Positions 60,657-64,000 of a stretch of DNA of 64,000 bases are shown here, in pieces. Source of the DNA: a bacterium. Lineage in GTDB: Bacteria; Patescibacteriota; Saccharimonadia; UBA4664. Every line of letters begins with the position of its first letter. Position 1 is the first letter of the stretch. The notes under the pieces were generated by a model. The model made no database searches. It saw nothing but the letters and a program-made list of their open reading frames with translations, and had not been told where the DNA came from. The stretch lies in NCBI GenBank assembly GCA_016699105.1, contig CP064960.1, forward strand, positions 136,727 to 200,726. Direction: 5' to 3'. Position numbers and translations under genes: made by a program.

Positions 60657-61745
60657 ATGAAAAGCGAATTTGTAGCCCGTCTGGGGCAATACAAACAGCT
60701 CATAGAGCGTGTATTGAGCGACTACATTGAGCAGACACTGGCGCAAGTAGCCCGCGAGTATGGCAGCGATGCGGCCGACGTGACCAAGGCGTTTTTGGAT
60801 ATTTTGGGGCGGGGCGGTAAGCGGATGCGCGGATCACTGGTATTGGCCGGCTACGAGCTCGGCGGTGGTCAAAATCAGGCGGCCGCCATTCAATTGGCTA
60901 TGGCACTCGAGATCACGCATGCCTATTTACTGATGATTGACGACATTCAGGATCGATCGGATTTGCGCCGTGGGGGCCCTACCGCTCATATTGCTTTGCA
61001 GCAGCGTTTCCGGCACGGTTTGGCCGAAGACGAGGCCGCCCATGTGGGTATGGCGTTGACGCTCAATGCTGCTTTGTACGGTGCTCATAGCGCCCAAATT
61101 GTGGTAAGCCAGCTCGATGCCCCCGCCGATGTCAGGCTGGCGCTCATTCAATTAGTTAACCAGTCAATGATGGCCACAGCCCACGGACAATCGTATGACC
61201 TGATAATTGGTTTGCGCGATCAGGTGTCGTATGCAGCCATCGAACAGGTGATGGAACTCAAAAGCGGCGAATATTCCATCATGAATCCCTTAGCTGCCGG
61301 ATTAACGTTGGCTGAGGCATCGCCTGCCGAGCTGAAGCTGATTCATGATTATGCTTTACCGACGGGACTAGCATTTCAGCTCAGTGATGACATCATCAGT
61401 ACATTTCGAGATGAAGCCGAAACCGGCAAACCAGCTAAAAGTGACATTCAGGAGGGTAAATGGACTGCCCTGATTGCCTTTGCGGTCGAACAAGGCGCAG
61501 CAAGTGATGTAGTGTTTTTGCGATCATGCCTAGGCAGCGCTGACCTATCAGATGATGATTTCGAACATTGTCGAACTATTTTGCGAAAAAGTGGATCTCT
61601 TCATCGAACCGAAGAATTACTGACCGAATATGTTCAGCGAGCGGAATCTGCATTATCAAAATCTCCTCAGAGCTGGCCGAGGGAAACAGTTGAGTTCTTG
61701 CGATCGATAGCCCAGTATATGCGAGAGCGAGCTATCAAGGTATAG
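60657..61745 (+). CDS. crtE: Polyprenyl (geranylgeranyl) diphosphate synthase
   Basis: FARM 'LLMIDDIQDRSDLRRG' and SARM 'GLAFQLSDDIIS'. Confidence 0.8.
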   Translation: MKSEFVARLGQYKQLIERVLSDYIEQTLAQVAREYGSDAADVTKAFLDILGRGGKRMRGSLVLAGYELGGGQNQAAAIQLAMALEITHAYLLMIDDIQDRSDLRRGGPTAHIALQQRFRHGLAEDEAAHVGMALTLNAALYGAHSAQIVVSQLDAPADVRLALIQLVNQSMMATAHGQSYDLIIGLRDQVSYAAIEQVMELKSGEYSIMNPLAAGLTLAEASPAELKLIHDYALPTGLAFQLSDDIISTFRDEAETGKPAKSDIQEGKWTALIAFAVEQGAASDVVFLRSCLGSADLSDDDFEHCRTILRKSGSLHRTEELLTEYVQRAESALSKSPQSWPRETVEFLRSIAQYMRERAIKV

Positions 61746-61760
61746 TACTTCTGCTATACT

Positions 61761-62255
61761 ATGCAACAGAGAACCAGATCAGATGGTGACACACCAAATT
61801 TGCCGTACCCAGCTCCGGCTTTCCGCTTACCGGCGGCCGATGGTTCTATGGTGGGTTTGGACAACTTTGCCGGCAAGTGGCTTGTGCTATATTTCTATCC
61901 CCAAGATGATACTCCTGGTTGCACAGTTGAAGCGTGCAGTCTGAGGGATGCCATTGATGATCTGACGGAGCTGGGGGCAGTCGTGGTAGGAGTGAGCCAA
62001 GATGATAGCTCTAGCCACGAACGGTTTACGGCTAAGCACAACCTCAATTTCATACTACTGTCGAATCCTAGCCACTCAGCCATGGATGCCTATGGAGCGT
62101 GGGGGAAGAAGATGTTTGGACAAGAAGGCACCTTGCGCAAGACATTTGTGATTGATCCGCATGGTCAGGTCGTAAAAGTCTATGGCCGGGTGACGCCATT
62201 GGGCCACGGCAATCAATTGGTGCGTGATCTTAAGGCCTTACAACAGGTAGCGTGA
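61761..62255 (+). CDS. bcp: Peroxiredoxin, Bcp type
   Basis: 'WLVLYFYPQDDTPGCTVEACSLRD'. Confidence 0.85.
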   Translation: MQQRTRSDGDTPNLPYPAPAFRLPAADGSMVGLDNFAGKWLVLYFYPQDDTPGCTVEACSLRDAIDDLTELGAVVVGVSQDDSSSHERFTAKHNLNFILLSNPSHSAMDAYGAWGKKMFGQEGTLRKTFVIDPHGQVVKVYGRVTPLGHGNQLVRDLKALQQVA

Positions 62256-62788
62256 AGTACGTCGCTCTATTACGAGGTATTAATGTCGGCGGCAAAAACG
62301 CTGTACGTATGGCCGATCTCAAACAATGTTTCATTGATGCTGGTTATAGTGAAGTGTCGACATATATCAACTCCGGTAACGTCATCTTTGAAACTGCCGC
62401 TACGAGTGAAGCCAAATTGGTGCAGACAATTAGCGACATGCTCAAGCGACGATTCGGGTGGCCAATAGCGTGTGCGGTGGTGTCGGCTCATCAACTAGGG
62501 GAGGCGTTGCGTCAGGCGCCATCGTGGTGGGAACAGGATCCGACCGCCAAACATAATGCCATTTTCGTGATTGCACCGGCTACTGCCGCCGACATTATGC
62601 GGGTTGTGGGCGCGGCAAAACCAGAATACGAACAAGTAGAAGCGCTGGGATCTGTCATATTTTGGACGGCACCCCTGGCTACATTTAGCCGCACCCGGTA
62701 CAGCAAAATCGTGGGGACGGCCGCTTATCAACAGGTGACCATCCGCAACGCTAACACGACGCGTAAACTTTTGGCATTACTACAATAG
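62252..62788 (+). CDS. DUF1697 domain protein
   Basis: 'KYVALLRGINVGGKNAVRMADLKQ', the DUF1697 N-terminal signature. Confidence 0.7.
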   Translation: MKYVALLRGINVGGKNAVRMADLKQCFIDAGYSEVSTYINSGNVIFETAATSEAKLVQTISDMLKRRFGWPIACAVVSAHQLGEALRQAPSWWEQDPTAKHNAIFVIAPATAADIMRVVGAAKPEYEQVEALGSVIFWTAPLATFSRTRYSKIVGTAAYQQVTIRNANTTRKLLALLQ

Positions 62789-62940
62789 CTGGGAATAACC
62801 GTTTCGTAATTTCCAGAGGAAATACTTCTCCAGAATAAGCTTGGTCCAGTCATTGAAGATGTTGGGCACCATAATGGCAAACCACCGCGGTTTGAACAGG
62901 CTGCTACCGAGAATGATAACTTCTTTATGTCCGGCATCCA

Positions 62941-63980
62941 TCACGCACAAGGCCGGAATCTTACCCCACGTTTTTCTTTGAAATCAGTGCGGCCTTGGAG
63001 GGCTTTGACTACATTGCCAGCCAATCTTGCCGGTCGTGTCGCTGGGATAACCTGTCTTGGGCACACCAAACGGTACGCGACCAGGCTTAAATGGTGGATC
63101 GACATTGACTGCCAAGCCCGCTCCCCAGACATTAGAATATTTTTTATGTTGGTATGATGCTTTGACGTCGAGGAACAAGTTTTCGGGTGCTTCGAGCTTG
63201 GGCGAATTCTTGATGAGATCAACTCCAGTGAACGGCACCATGAGCATGGTGAATTTGCTCTTCAGGGTCTCACCCGTATCTAGTATGACTGAATTGGCAG
63301 TCACTTCTTTGACGCCTACCGCGGTGCGGAAATGGATATTGAAGAGCTTCATAAACGTTTTAAGGTATGGTTCAGCCATAAACATGCCATCGATGCCGAA
63401 ATGGCCTAAGTACGTTTCGGTGTAATCAATACAGGTCAACTTTTGGCGGATTTTCTGTTCACGCAACCAATGGTCCACATTGAACAAAAACTCATACGCC
63501 GCACCCATACAGCTAGCTTTCTGAGTAGCGCCAATGACAATAGGTCCCGGATTCTTTTTAAACTCGGCTAATTTATCCTTGATGTCGAGCGCACCTGGTA
63601 CGGAAACCGACGTAACAACTATGCTGACGCACGCCCGGAGCAATATCACGATTGAGCCGTGGACCTGTGGCGATGACGAGTTCATCATATTTGAATGATC
63701 CATTCTTGGCAGTTTCGACAATCCGAGTATCAGGGTCGATCATAGTGGCCGAATCAACCACAAATTTTAGGCCACGTTTGGCAAAAACTGGGCGACGCGG
63801 GATGAGCACCTGGCTAATATCCCGGCGGCCAATGGGTACCCAGATGAGCGAGGGGAAGTATAAAGAGTCTTCTTTACGATCGATGACCGTGACTTCGACT
63901 TGGTTTTTGAGTTTTCTTTTGATTTCCAGCGCAGCGGTCGCGCCGGCAAAATTGGCACCTATGACAACTACTTGTTTCAT
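62941..63980 (-). CDS. FAD-dependent sulfide:quinone oxidoreductase / type-II NADH dehydrogenase-like (two apparent frameshifts at ~63590 and ~63030)
   Basis: N-terminus 'KQVVVIGANFAGATAALEIKRKL...VTVIDRKEDSLYFPSLIWVPIGRR' (ORF 63573..63980). Middle 'GVPKTGYPSDTTGKI' (62984..63721 frame). C-terminus 'AGNVVKALQGRTDFKEKRGV..' in a third frame ending at 62941. Confidence 0.6.
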
Positions 63981-64000
63981 GAGTGTATTGTAGCATAATC

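Noticed and set aside
62728-62937. ORF 62728..62937 (-) as C-terminus of the SQR-like gene
   Set aside because: The homologous C-terminus ('AGNVVKALQGRTDFKEKRGV') is in the frame ending at 62941. This ORF lies in the intergenic spacer and has no similarity.

Overview
This 64-kb window is mostly chromosomal housekeeping genes, with three accessory regions. The housekeeping genes are an hsp20–grpE–hrcA heat-shock locus with CIRCE operators, lepA, ddl, murJ, ftsH, tilS, three CAT-anticodon tRNAs, an F1Fo ATP synthase operon, a two-component system, ilvA and a malic enzyme.

(1) Positions <1–12358 form a strictly minus-strand tandem array of ten paralogous secreted/membrane-anchored enzymes. Nine of them (G1–G9, at 1645–12358) share an almost invariant ~80-aa N-terminal module: an ..SW.KLRA.. 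cytoplasmic tail, a TM helix, 'AAGPLAAFEPETGTLSAGA..S.SGASGSGVVKF', then a Pro/Thr linker; this module is also conserved at the DNA level. Their C-terminal cargo domains differ: right-handed beta-helix (pectate-lyase fold) in most, a GH16 glucanase in one and a divergent beta-helix-like domain in another. G0 (<1–1655) has its own TM anchor instead of the module, then a LamG-like domain, a linker and a GH26-like GH-A hydrolase domain.

(2) The atp operon is split between atpG and atpD by a ~2.4-kb insertion. It carries a strongly AT-rich DUF4238-like gene and a solo copy of a 20-bp palindromic-ended repeat core.

(3) Downstream of tRNA-Asn lies an island with a 17-bp direct repeat of the tRNA 3' end. 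It also holds two tandem 'inverted-core' repeat-bounded cassettes with the same core as (2), one of which carries a P-loop kinase gene. It continues through a decayed P-loop NTPase, CYTH and DUF1801 genes, a VOC-family protein, an FNR-like reductase and a crtI-crtB-crtYcd-crtE carotenoid cluster.

One caveat applies throughout. At least ten genes are interrupted by single-base indels located in homopolymer runs, and essential genes such as atpA, atpD, grpE and lepA are among them. One tRNA acceptor stem even seems to lack a C. This looks like systematic assembly error rather than biology, so the 'frameshifted' CDSs are reported as genes, not pseudogenes, with one multi-hit exception. Coordinates derived by hand may be off by 1–2 nt.
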